Assembly (NCBI GenBank): GCA_951801995.1
Contig: CATOOY010000001.1
Location: forward strand, 1-35,625
Length of the DNA stretch: 35,625 nucleotides
Direction: 5' to 3'
DNA from: an uncultured Erysipelotrichaceae bacterium
GTDB taxonomy: Bacteria; Bacillota_I; Bacilli_A; RF39; UBA660
This document shows positions 9,984 to 17,184 of this stretch, piece after piece. Below the pieces are notes generated by a model that was not told the origin of the DNA, did no database searches, and saw only the letters and a list, made by a program, of their open reading frames with translations. Positions within the stretch are counted from its first letter, which is position 1; every line of letters starts with the position of its first letter. The position numbers and the translations under genes were made by a program.

Positions 9984-10032
9984 TTATTCCTTTCCTAATT
10001 GTTGAATAATAGCATATTTCAAATATTTTTTA

Positions 10033-10218
10033 TCACGCAAAACTATATTCTGAATTGTTTAGTTTGTTATATTTTGCATATTCATTTTCAATTTTATTTT
10101 TGATTTTTTTATATTGTTTAACATCAATTAAATTATTATCTTTGATAAATTCTAGCATAGCAATTTCTGCCACATAAGCTTTTAAATATTTTAATTTTTT
10201 ATCACTTCTTTCTTGCAT
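10033..10218 (-). CDS. small hypothetical protein upstream of the recombinase
   Basis: 61-aa ORF with RBS AAAGGGGG 8-9 nt upstream. It ends 49 nt before the recombinase start. Confidence 0.55.
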   Translation of the reverse strand: MQERSDKKLKYLKAYVAEIAMLEFIKDNNLIDVKQYKKIKNKIENEYAKYNKLNNSEYSFA

Positions 10219-10483
10219 AAATTATTACCCCCTTTAAATTCTTAAACAATTCATGTCATAGTTACGCACCAACTTTCTTTAAAATATCTTAAAAAAATTA
10301 TAACGCACTTAGTTATTTTATACAGCCCTACAAACAAAAAAAGATAACTAAATCATAGCTATCAAAATCGTAAAAATATGAAAAATAATAGTCATACTTA
10401 TGACCGAAGTTATGGCCATTAAAAACTCATTTTTTCCAAAATAATCACAACAAAAGAAAAGCAGGATAAACTTGTTTACAAAC

Positions 10484-10502
10484 AACTAGCCAGTGGCTAG
10501 TT
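10484..10502. repeat. perfect 19-bp palindrome AACTAGCCA-G-TGGCTAGTT
   Basis: Read directly from the sequence. It is followed by a second hairpin, ccttat-ttc-ataagg, at 10505-10519. Confidence 0.7.
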
Positions 10503-11025
10503 TTCCCTTATTTCATAAGGAGTTAGAGAAAACACAAGTGTTTACATTTTTAATATTTGTTATACAATCGTTAACTTTGGCTTTTTTAGAAACCCTTATA
10601 AATAAAGGCTTTCCAAAATGTGTTTAACAATCGTACACACTTTTTCAATGTGAATTTTCTAAAATTTCGGCTATATTTTTTAGAAAATTTAAAGATTTTA
10701 TGGCCGTAAGTATGGCCATACTTTTGAAGAAAATTACTGATAAATATGTAGAAGTTTGAATATGAAAAAAGCACTACTTACAGTAAAAATAGCACTATTA
10801 GATACAATTTTTTCATATTCTACTATATTGTATCACTCAGATTTCTATAGTCAATAAGGATAAAATGTCTGATATTTTTCGGTAAAAAAGTTGCTCTAAA
10901 ACTTATTTGCTACTTGTTTATAATATATTTATTAAACTAGGTACTAGTCTAGATTATTGATAACCAAATAATATAAATAATTTTTTGAGTCATTATAATA
11001 TATATAAAAAATACATATTTTGTGG

Positions 11026-11031
11026 TATAAT
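11026..11031 (+). promoter_or_regulatory. extended -10 (TGgTATAAT) upstream of the 11057 CDS
   Basis: tggtataat ends at 11031. RBS AAGGGAGG is at 11041-11048. Confidence 0.4.
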
Positions 11032-11056
11032 ACTTAATACAAGGGAGGTTTTTGAA

Positions 11057-11749
11057 ATGGCTGAAATATATTCGAATGCTGATGATTGTCTTGAACTAGC
11101 AAGATATTTAAAGAACAAAATGGGGAGTAAAATTGATTTTTACGGAAGCATACAGCAAGAGGTAATTAGTGGATCGTATTTTTCTGACTTTGAGAGTAAA
11201 CATTATCATCCATATGGAGATGGACTATCATTTTATTATAAATTTTGTAAAGAAGGATTTTTAAGAATTGGAATTGGTTCATTTTGCTCACGTAATAATT
11301 CGGTAGGTGAAAAATTGGCAGCTTTAAGTAATTTTTATGAAGTGTTAAGTGAACAATATGGTGAACCAACTGTGTTTTACACAACAAAAGATGATGATGA
11401 AAGAACTTTATCATTACAATGGTCTTTTGTTAATAAAGAGGAAGACATACAAAACTTTATGAATGGAAGTTATTTTGATGATGCCGAAATAGATGAACTA
11501 ATTGTATTTGGTAAGCCAAGAACACAAATGAATGGTTACCAATTAAGTGATACTACAAGAAAATTGATAGCAAAACAAATTGGTGTTCCCTTTGAATTGA
11601 TTGGTTTAGTTGATGAAAATATAGAAGATTTTGTCAAATATAAAACTGGAAAAGAAATTGGTATTCCAGAGGGAGCAAAAATTGATGGTGTTCCAGTAAG
11701 ATCATATCAAAAGAAAATATCTTCAAGAACAATGTTTGAAAAAAAATAA
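11057..11749 (+). CDS. hypothetical protein (only non-recombination cargo of the inserted element)
   Basis: ATG at 11057 with a strong RBS. The 10985 TTG extension lacks an RBS. No recognisable motifs. Confidence 0.65.
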   Translation: MAEIYSNADDCLELARYLKNKMGSKIDFYGSIQQEVISGSYFSDFESKHYHPYGDGLSFYYKFCKEGFLRIGIGSFCSRNNSVGEKLAALSNFYEVLSEQYGEPTVFYTTKDDDERTLSLQWSFVNKEEDIQNFMNGSYFDDAEIDELIVFGKPRTQMNGYQLSDTTRKLIAKQIGVPFELIGLVDENIEDFVKYKTGKEIGIPEGAKIDGVPVRSYQKKISSRTMFEKK

Positions 11750-11783
11750 AGAAATTAGTTAATTAAATTCTAATTTCTTTTTC
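11748..11783. terminator. bidirectional rho-independent terminator
   Basis: Perfect 11-bp stem aaagaaattag (11748-11758) / ctaatttcttt (11770-11780), with an A-run upstream and T-rich sequence downstream. Confidence 0.7.
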
Positions 11784-11969
11784 TATTCAACAATTATTTA
11801 TTTTAATTTGAACTATGCTATTTTAAAGCCCTAATGATAAAGTTATATCTAATTTATCAATATGGACTTTTTCTTGTTCTGCTTGAGTACCAATAGTGAT
11901 ATTGGTATTTATTTTGTAATCAAAATTGATGATATCCAGAGTTTTAAAATAATACGGTATATGTGTTCC

Positions 11970-11977
11970 GTAAGAGT
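11970..11977. repeat. right copy of the 8-bp junction repeat GTAAGAGT
   Basis: See 8244-8251. Confidence 0.7.
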
Positions 11978-12890
11978 TAGTACAGACGATCAAAGAGATA
12001 ATGGTTATTCTATTGATTCACAACTTCGTATGATTAAAGAATATTGTGAGAAAAACGATTATAGTATTGTAGATGTTTATAATGACGCAGGACATTCTGG
12101 AAAAGATTTAATGCGACCAGAAATGCAGAGACTACTTGCAGATATTAAGTCTAAAAAGATTGATAAGTTAATTGCTATTAAAGTAGATAGACTTACGAGA
12201 AACAACTATGATGGCTTTTGGCTTTTAAATTATTGTGAAGAACACGATGTTAAAATAGAGTTAATACTCGAGCCTTATGATGTATCTACTGCTAATGGTG
12301 AAATGATATTCGGTATGAATTTAGTATTTGGACAAAGAGAAAGAAAAGAAATTGGTGCGAGAACTAAAAGAGCAATGGAAGAAATGGCTTTAGAAAAAAT
12401 CCACCCTAGTAAAGCACCTTATGGCTATACTAGAAACAAAGATACAGGGCATTTAGAAATAGAGCCTATTGAAGCCCAAGTTGTAAAGGAAATATTTAAA
12501 CTATGCCAAGAGGGAAACTCTACTAGAGGTATTGCTACAATTATGGAAGATAATAATGCCTATTTAAAGACTGGTAAATGGCGAAGCGATAGAGTTTATA
12601 AAATTCTAACAAATTCTATTTATATTGGTGTATTTGAATACGGAAAATATAAAAGAAAAACACAAGATATTTTAAGAGTAAAAGACTATTGTGAACCAAT
12701 TATTGATGAAGTTACTTGGAATGCTACTAGAAATGTCTTAGTTAAAAATAAGCATTCAAACTATGGAGAGTTTATTCATTTATTTTCAGGATTAGTAAAA
12801 TGTCCGATATGTAGCGAGATTATGGCTTCATCAGAATCTTTTAAATTGGATTGTCAACAGTTTATTAAAATCAACTTTAGAACATCTTAA
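11970..12890 (+). pseudogene. body of the split serine recombinase, also 3'-truncated
   Basis: VRVSTDDQ..., KVDRLTRN, recombinase domain. The frame stops just after the first CxxC (CPICSEIMAS) of the zinc ribbon. The second Cys pair and the coiled coil are missing. Confidence 0.8.
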
Positions 12891-13068
12891 AAATTTAATT
12901 TACAATCTTGTTAAATTTCTTATGGATAGAATTTATAGAAATAAAGATAAAGAAAAATATATGGAATTTGCTAAAGAATTATATGAACATGGGGCTTTGG
13001 ATGATGAAAATTTCAAACTTCTTCAAGATAACAAAAATACAAATAATAAAAATAAATCTGTAATAGAA

Positions 13069-13106
13069 AAAGATGATATTGAGTGTTAGAGTTCTCTATC
13101 ATCTTT
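13069..13106. terminator. hairpin terminator downstream of the PnuC-like gene
   Basis: Perfect 10-bp stem aaagatgata (13069-13078) / tatcatcttt (13097-13106) with an 18-nt loop. T-run on the minus strand. Confidence 0.45.
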
Positions 13107-13817
13107 TTATTGTGCTATACCTTTTTCTTTTTGAATATTTTTCAATCGTTTCCAATTATAACTACCATAAATGTCATTTACCAATAAAAGTATTGGTCCT
13201 GTAAGAACAGATATTAAAGAAGTGTTTCCATTAATTATAGGAATTAACCAAAGGGTTATAATAATTAAATCATTAGCTATATAGCAAAATAGTGATAATT
13301 CACTTCTTCTTGCTTCAAAATAACTAGCTAGTACACTTGTAACTATTGAACAAGAACTTATTACTAATAAATCTGTATTAAATGCTTTTAACAGATAATA
13401 ATACCCCCAGAATAGAACTAATTGAGATGCAAAAACAGTAATAATTTCTTTTTTAGATAAGGAACTAATAATTACAACATCATCTTCCTTATCTTGGTGT
13501 TTTAGCCAACTAATTATTCCAATAACCATTATTGGAAATGTCAAAAAAATTGTAATTAATAACTCGCCATAATAACCTTGATTATAAGAAACTATACCAT
13601 AAAAGAATACACTAAAAAATCCTATAAAATAAGATTCAACCTTACCTTTAGACATTAATATTGCAGTTGTTAAATATGTAATTGTATATAAAGAAACTAT
13701 TGCTGTACCATGAAATATCATTGAAGAAAGAATTCCTAACGATATTCCAATAGATAAATATAATTTTTCAAACAAATTCCAATCCTTAAAATAACTTTTT
13801 AAAAATTTCATTATCAT
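13107..13817 (-). CDS. pnuC: PnuC-like (nicotinamide riboside transporter family) multi-pass membrane protein
   Basis: DWNLFEKLYL N-terminus, LMSKGKVESYFIGFF, YGELLITIFL...IISWLKH, ARRSELSLFCYIANDL, NDIYGSYNWKR. About 7 hydrophobic helices. AGGAGG (13819-13824) favours the ATG at 13811 as the start. Confidence 0.7.
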   Translation of the reverse strand: MIMKFLKSYFKDWNLFEKLYLSIGISLGILSSMIFHGTAIVSLYTITYLTTAILMSKGKVESYFIGFFSVFFYGIVSYNQGYYGELLITIFLTFPIMVIGIISWLKHQDKEDDVVIISSLSKKEIITVFASQLVLFWGYYYLLKAFNTDLLVISSCSIVTSVLASYFEARRSELSLFCYIANDLIIITLWLIPIINGNTSLISVLTGPILLLVNDIYGSYNWKRLKNIQKEKGIAQ

Positions 13818-13829
13818 TCCTCCTCGTAA

Positions 13830-14483
13830 TTATTTTGTTAATGGAGAATTTTCCTGTATAGGAATTAATCTAGTTTTTATAGTATTGATAAATGCACATT
13901 TATGTTCAATTTCAAACTTTTCAGTATCAGTTGATAATTCATATTTTATAAATATATTCGGAATAAACTCATATTTATCACTTTGAAAATTACCATAAGA
14001 AGTATCACTTTCAGTATAACTACCTTTTAACATACAATATAATAAATTCCATCTATCACAAGATCCAACATCTGTTTCAGATTTAGTATTATCAGTATCT
14101 TTGAAAATTGGCTCTTCATTCATATCAATTAATTTTGATTTTATATTGTTTTTATCATAATAATCATTTAAAGTAGAAGCATTAAAGTGTTGAGATAATG
14201 CTACCGTAATACATTTGTCAACATCAGTACTTTTATTCATTACCATGAGTCTTACAGGTATACCTTCATTATAAAAAACTATTGCATTATGTTTATTATT
14301 GATATTAATATCCTGATTATTAACAGTTATTATACAATTACAATTCTTAATTATTTTGTACTCATTAAATGGTATTTTTTTGTTTTCAAATCCATCAACA
14401 AAAGCTCCATTAAAGCATTCATAATGATTATCATGTTGTTCTGTCCATAAATCTATTGTTTTAATAACATCCACAATTATCAT
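13830..14483 (-). CDS. hypothetical soluble protein
   Basis: 217-aa ORF, 10 nt after the upstream stop, with AGGAG immediately upstream. No recognisable motifs. Confidence 0.7.
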   Translation of the reverse strand: MIIVDVIKTIDLWTEQHDNHYECFNGAFVDGFENKKIPFNEYKIIKNCNCIITVNNQDININNKHNAIVFYNEGIPVRLMVMNKSTDVDKCITVALSQHFNASTLNDYYDKNNIKSKLIDMNEEPIFKDTDNTKSETDVGSCDRWNLLYCMLKGSYTESDTSYGNFQSDKYEFIPNIFIKYELSTDTEKFEIEHKCAFINTIKTRLIPIQENSPLTK

Positions 14484-14493
14484 CTCCTAATTT

Positions 14494-15363
14494 TTAATAG
14501 TATATTGCAACAGGATGTATTATTTTTATTTCAGTTTTATTGAAAAATCCTAACAAAAAAGTATTAATCATAGCTGGAAAAGTTCTAAAAATATTGCTAT
14601 TATCTTGAGTTATATCATTATTAACAATGTTAGTTAAATATCCTAGCATAGTCATTTTTCCACCATATTTATATGCAACAACTTTTGTTTTATCTCTAAA
14701 ATATTCATCATCCAAAACAATTAAATAATCTCCCATAATTCCAAACTTATTATAAGGGACAATATTAAAAATAGCATCTATTATCTTCCTAACTCCCTCA
14801 TATTCTAAATCAACTTGTTTTTTGATTTCTCTTTTTAATTTTTCTTTTTCATATTCTGCCTTATTACCATTCCCAGTACTTTCGATATTTTGACTTAATT
14901 CTTTAAATTTTTCTTCCATTTCACTATTTTTTACAAATTCTAGTACTGTATCATTAGAAAAAATATTTTTATAATATTCTAAGTCCACAATAAACATTTC
15001 ATCCTTAATCTGTAAAAAATCTCCAATTATCAATTCATCAGTTTTAATTAATGAACTATCCTTTAAATGTTTTTCTAATTTATTAAATGCTTCATCATAA
15101 ATTTTTTTCTCTATGGAATTGGCTTGTTGATTAGTAGTGGACATTGAAACAACATCTCCAATATCTGCACTTAAGTCCACACCTAATCCTTTTCCTAAAA
15201 GTTTTAAATCAACATCTAATTCTCCATCAATATTAGCCTTTGTTTCTCTTCCATTTTCTTTTAATAAACTATTTGTATTAGTAACTTTTGTAGGTAGTCC
15301 ATCATTTATTTGCGAAATATAAGAATATACTGAATCATTATTCAGATAAAGAAAACGCCTCAT
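14494..15363 (-). CDS. hypothetical protein (N-terminal FLYLNNDSVYSYISQINDG signature)
   Basis: 289-aa ORF with RBS AGAGGTG 7 nt upstream. From memory it may resemble an uncharacterised DUF family (DUF6414-like). This is unverified. Confidence 0.7.
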   Translation of the reverse strand: MRRFLYLNNDSVYSYISQINDGLPTKVTNTNSLLKENGRETKANIDGELDVDLKLLGKGLGVDLSADIGDVVSMSTTNQQANSIEKKIYDEAFNKLEKHLKDSSLIKTDELIIGDFLQIKDEMFIVDLEYYKNIFSNDTVLEFVKNSEMEEKFKELSQNIESTGNGNKAEYEKEKLKREIKKQVDLEYEGVRKIIDAIFNIVPYNKFGIMGDYLIVLDDEYFRDKTKVVAYKYGGKMTMLGYLTNIVNNDITQDNSNIFRTFPAMINTFLLGFFNKTEIKIIHPVAIYY

Positions 15364-15601
15364 AGTTATTCACCTCTATAAGTATTTTATCAAAAATCAA
15401 CTATTTTTTCGAGACATAAAGGCAAATTTGTGCTAAAATATCGTTAATGGTTGATATTTTATATATCAAATCGTTAAGAAGTGAAAAAAGTTGTAGATAT
15501 CTACGCCATTCGCTCCATTGAAAACTGAAATGGCTTCGAAAAGTTAGAAAAAGAATGTATAAAGAAAATATATTCTTTAACTTGGAAGGAGTCTTTTTTT
15601 T

Positions 15602-15687
15602 ATGAAAAAACTTTAGAAGAAAAACTTCAAATGTGCAAAGAACATGTGGAGGAAGGGAAACCATTTTTTTGTGAAATTGGGACATGA
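15602..15687 (+). pseudogene. possible remnant of an IS3-family orfA 5' end, frameshifted in an A-run
   Basis: GGAAGGAG RBS, then ATG and an A6 run. The +2 frame then reads KTLEEKLQMCKEHVEEGKPFFCEIGT*. Confidence 0.25.
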
Positions 15688-15843
15688 AAAGCATTCAAAA
15701 AAAATTATATGTTTCCTCTCACTGTATGATATTGAATCCCATACTTTTAAATACATCGGGATTTTTTGCAACTAAATAAAATTTGCTATCTCCATATTCC
15801 TTTTCTATCCTTATGATACTTTTAAAATCTTTTTATAAAAAAG

Positions 15844-15861
15844 CACGATAAATATATCGTG
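15844..15861 (-). terminator. rho-independent terminator of spoVS (bidirectional)
   Basis: Stem cacgata (15844-15850) / tatcgtg (15855-15861), flanked by A- and T-runs. Confidence 0.65.
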
Positions 15862-15892
15862 TTTTAAAAAATTTTTGAATAAGCAAAGAAAG

Positions 15893-16153
15893 TTATCTTG
15901 CTTCTACAATAAGTTTAATTGCAGTTCTTTCTTCTCCTTCAATTACAATATCTGTAAAAGCTGGTATACAAATTAGATTTTTTCCTGATGGTGCAACAAA
16001 TCCTCTTGCTATCGCAATTGCTTTTATTGCTTGATTTAGTGCTCCAGCCCCAATTGCTTGCATTTCTACAGTTCCTTTTTCTCTAAATACATTTGCAAGT
16101 GCTCCTGCCACTGCACTTGGATTTGATTTTGCTCTTACTTTTAGTGTTTCCAT
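15893..16153 (-). CDS. spoVS: stage V sporulation protein S
   Basis: 86 aa. METLKVRAKSNPSAVAGALA...MQAIGAGALNQAIKAIAIARGF is the characteristic SpoVS sequence. Confidence 0.9.
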   Translation of the reverse strand: METLKVRAKSNPSAVAGALANVFREKGTVEMQAIGAGALNQAIKAIAIARGFVAPSGKNLICIPAFTDIVIEGEERTAIKLIVEAR

Positions 16154-16340
16154 ACTGTTCTCATCCTTTCTTATTTATTATCAATATATGTTTTTCTTAT
16201 TTTTTAAGTACCTTTTTTTGTTATTTTATAAAATATGTTTTTAAAATTTGTCATATATTTTTATATACTATCATTAGTAAAATTATTGGCAAAAGGAAAT
16301 AGAGATGATATAATAGCTTTACATATAAAGGAGGGATAGA

Positions 16341-16784
16341 ATGGAAGCTCCTTTTAAAAGGGAAATTATTTTGGAAAATTATACTCACCCTAGAAATAGG
16401 GGACTTATAGATGATGATAGCTATATTAAAATAAACATGAATAATGAAAGTTGTATAGATGAAATAAATCTTATGGTAAAATTAGAAGAAAAAAAAATTG
16501 CAGATATTCGTTTTGATGGGGAAGCTTGTGCAATTTGTACAAGTGCAACTTCTATTATGATTGAAATATTGATTGGAAAAACTTTAAAAGAAGCTGAGTA
16601 TATTTTGCAAAATTATAAAAATATGATTGATGAAAAAGAATATGATGAAAATATATTAGGAAATGCTATTGTTTATAATGATATATGTAAACAACCAAAT
16701 CGAAAAAAGTGTGCCTTACTTCCTTGGTGGGGGATACAAAAAGTAATAGGAGAGAATTATGGTTTGGCAGACAAAAAAAATTAA
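16341..16784 (+). CDS. sufU: SUF Fe-S cluster scaffold protein SufU (NifU/IscU-like)
   Basis: LENYTHPRNRG, NESCIDEI, GEACAICTSATS, KKCALLPW (the three Cys ligands). Confidence 0.85.
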   Translation: MEAPFKREIILENYTHPRNRGLIDDDSYIKINMNNESCIDEINLMVKLEEKKIADIRFDGEACAICTSATSIMIEILIGKTLKEAEYILQNYKNMIDEKEYDENILGNAIVYNDICKQPNRKKCALLPWWGIQKVIGENYGLADKKN

Positions 16785-16824
16785 AATGAAAGAATGTATG
16801 TAGCCTGTAAAATTAGCTACCTTT

Positions 16825-17166
16825 TTGAGATGTATAGAGATTTTTAAGGATTATCCTTACGCTCATCTTGGATGGGATGAACAAACAGAAACATATCCTG
16901 TTTATGTGATGGAAAATAAAGTTATTAATCTTATAATTGGCAAAATATATCCAATTATTAGAGAAGCTATTGTAGATAAGGTGGATGATATTTGTCAAAT
17001 AAAAATTGGGGAATATCAGGTACATTCTCTTGCACCTCTTCCTAGAGATTATACTTTAGAACAAAGACAGTTATTGTATCAACAAGTAAAAAAGATTCAT
17101 GAATTTTTTTTAGAAAAAGGGAAAAGCAAGAAAAAGCACATTCATAGTATGCTTTTTATAGTATAA
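16825..17166 (+). CDS. hypothetical protein (uncertain)
   Basis: 113-aa ORF with a TTG start and no SD. It lies between sufU and sufB. Confidence 0.35.
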   Translation: MRCIEIFKDYPYAHLGWDEQTETYPVYVMENKVINLIIGKIYPIIREAIVDKVDDICQIKIGEYQVHSLAPLPRDYTLEQRQLLYQQVKKIHEFFLEKGKSKKKHIHSMLFIV

Positions 17167-17184
17167 TAAAGTTATGGTGATGAT

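Larger units (their letters stand above)
8244..11977. mobile_element. ~3.7 kb serine-recombinase element inserted into the 5' end of another recombinase gene
   Basis: Removing 8252-11977 restores atg aga tgt gca gta tat GTA AGA GTt agt aca gac gat caa, which translates to MRCAVYVRVSTDDQ. Confidence 0.65.

Noticed and set aside
10586-10774. 62-aa minus-strand ORF in the long intergenic region
   Set aside because: It has no SD and a repetitive, basic, low-complexity sequence (YGHTYGHK). I treat the region as non-coding with repeats or a decayed gene end.
11166-11414. 82-aa minus-strand ORF
   Set aside because: It is antisense to the better-supported 11057-11749 CDS.
11862-11969. N-terminal extension (MDFFLFCLST...) of the third recombinase ORF
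   Set aside because: It has no RBS and does not resemble a recombinase N-terminus. The sequence belongs to the right end of the inserted element. The real N-terminus is at 8226-8251.
15137-15322. 61-aa plus-strand ORF
   Set aside because: It is antisense to the 14494-15363 CDS.
15507-15520. cattcgctccattg resembles the tRNA-Gly 3' end plus flank (catctgctccaatg at 635-648; 11 of 14 identical). I considered it a possible att duplication.
   Set aside because: The similarity does not extend outward. The match is near chance level for this search space, and serine recombinases do not require tRNA-derived direct repeats.
15401-15694. 97-aa minus-strand ORF
   Set aside because: It has no RBS and low-complexity sequence. 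It overlaps, in antisense, the RBS-led IS-like stub and the operator-like motif.
15708-15724. Inverted partial copy (cagtgagaggaaaca) of the 8125-8219 leader motif near the right island edge
   Set aside because: Only 7 + 6 nt match, with a 2-nt indel and in inverted orientation. The sequence is SD-like, so the match is probably coincidental.
16093-17025. ORFs 16093-16302 (+) and 16813-17025 (-)
   Set aside because: The first overlaps spoVS and its promoter region and reads as poly-Leu/Phe. The second is antisense to another weak ORF. Neither has an RBS.
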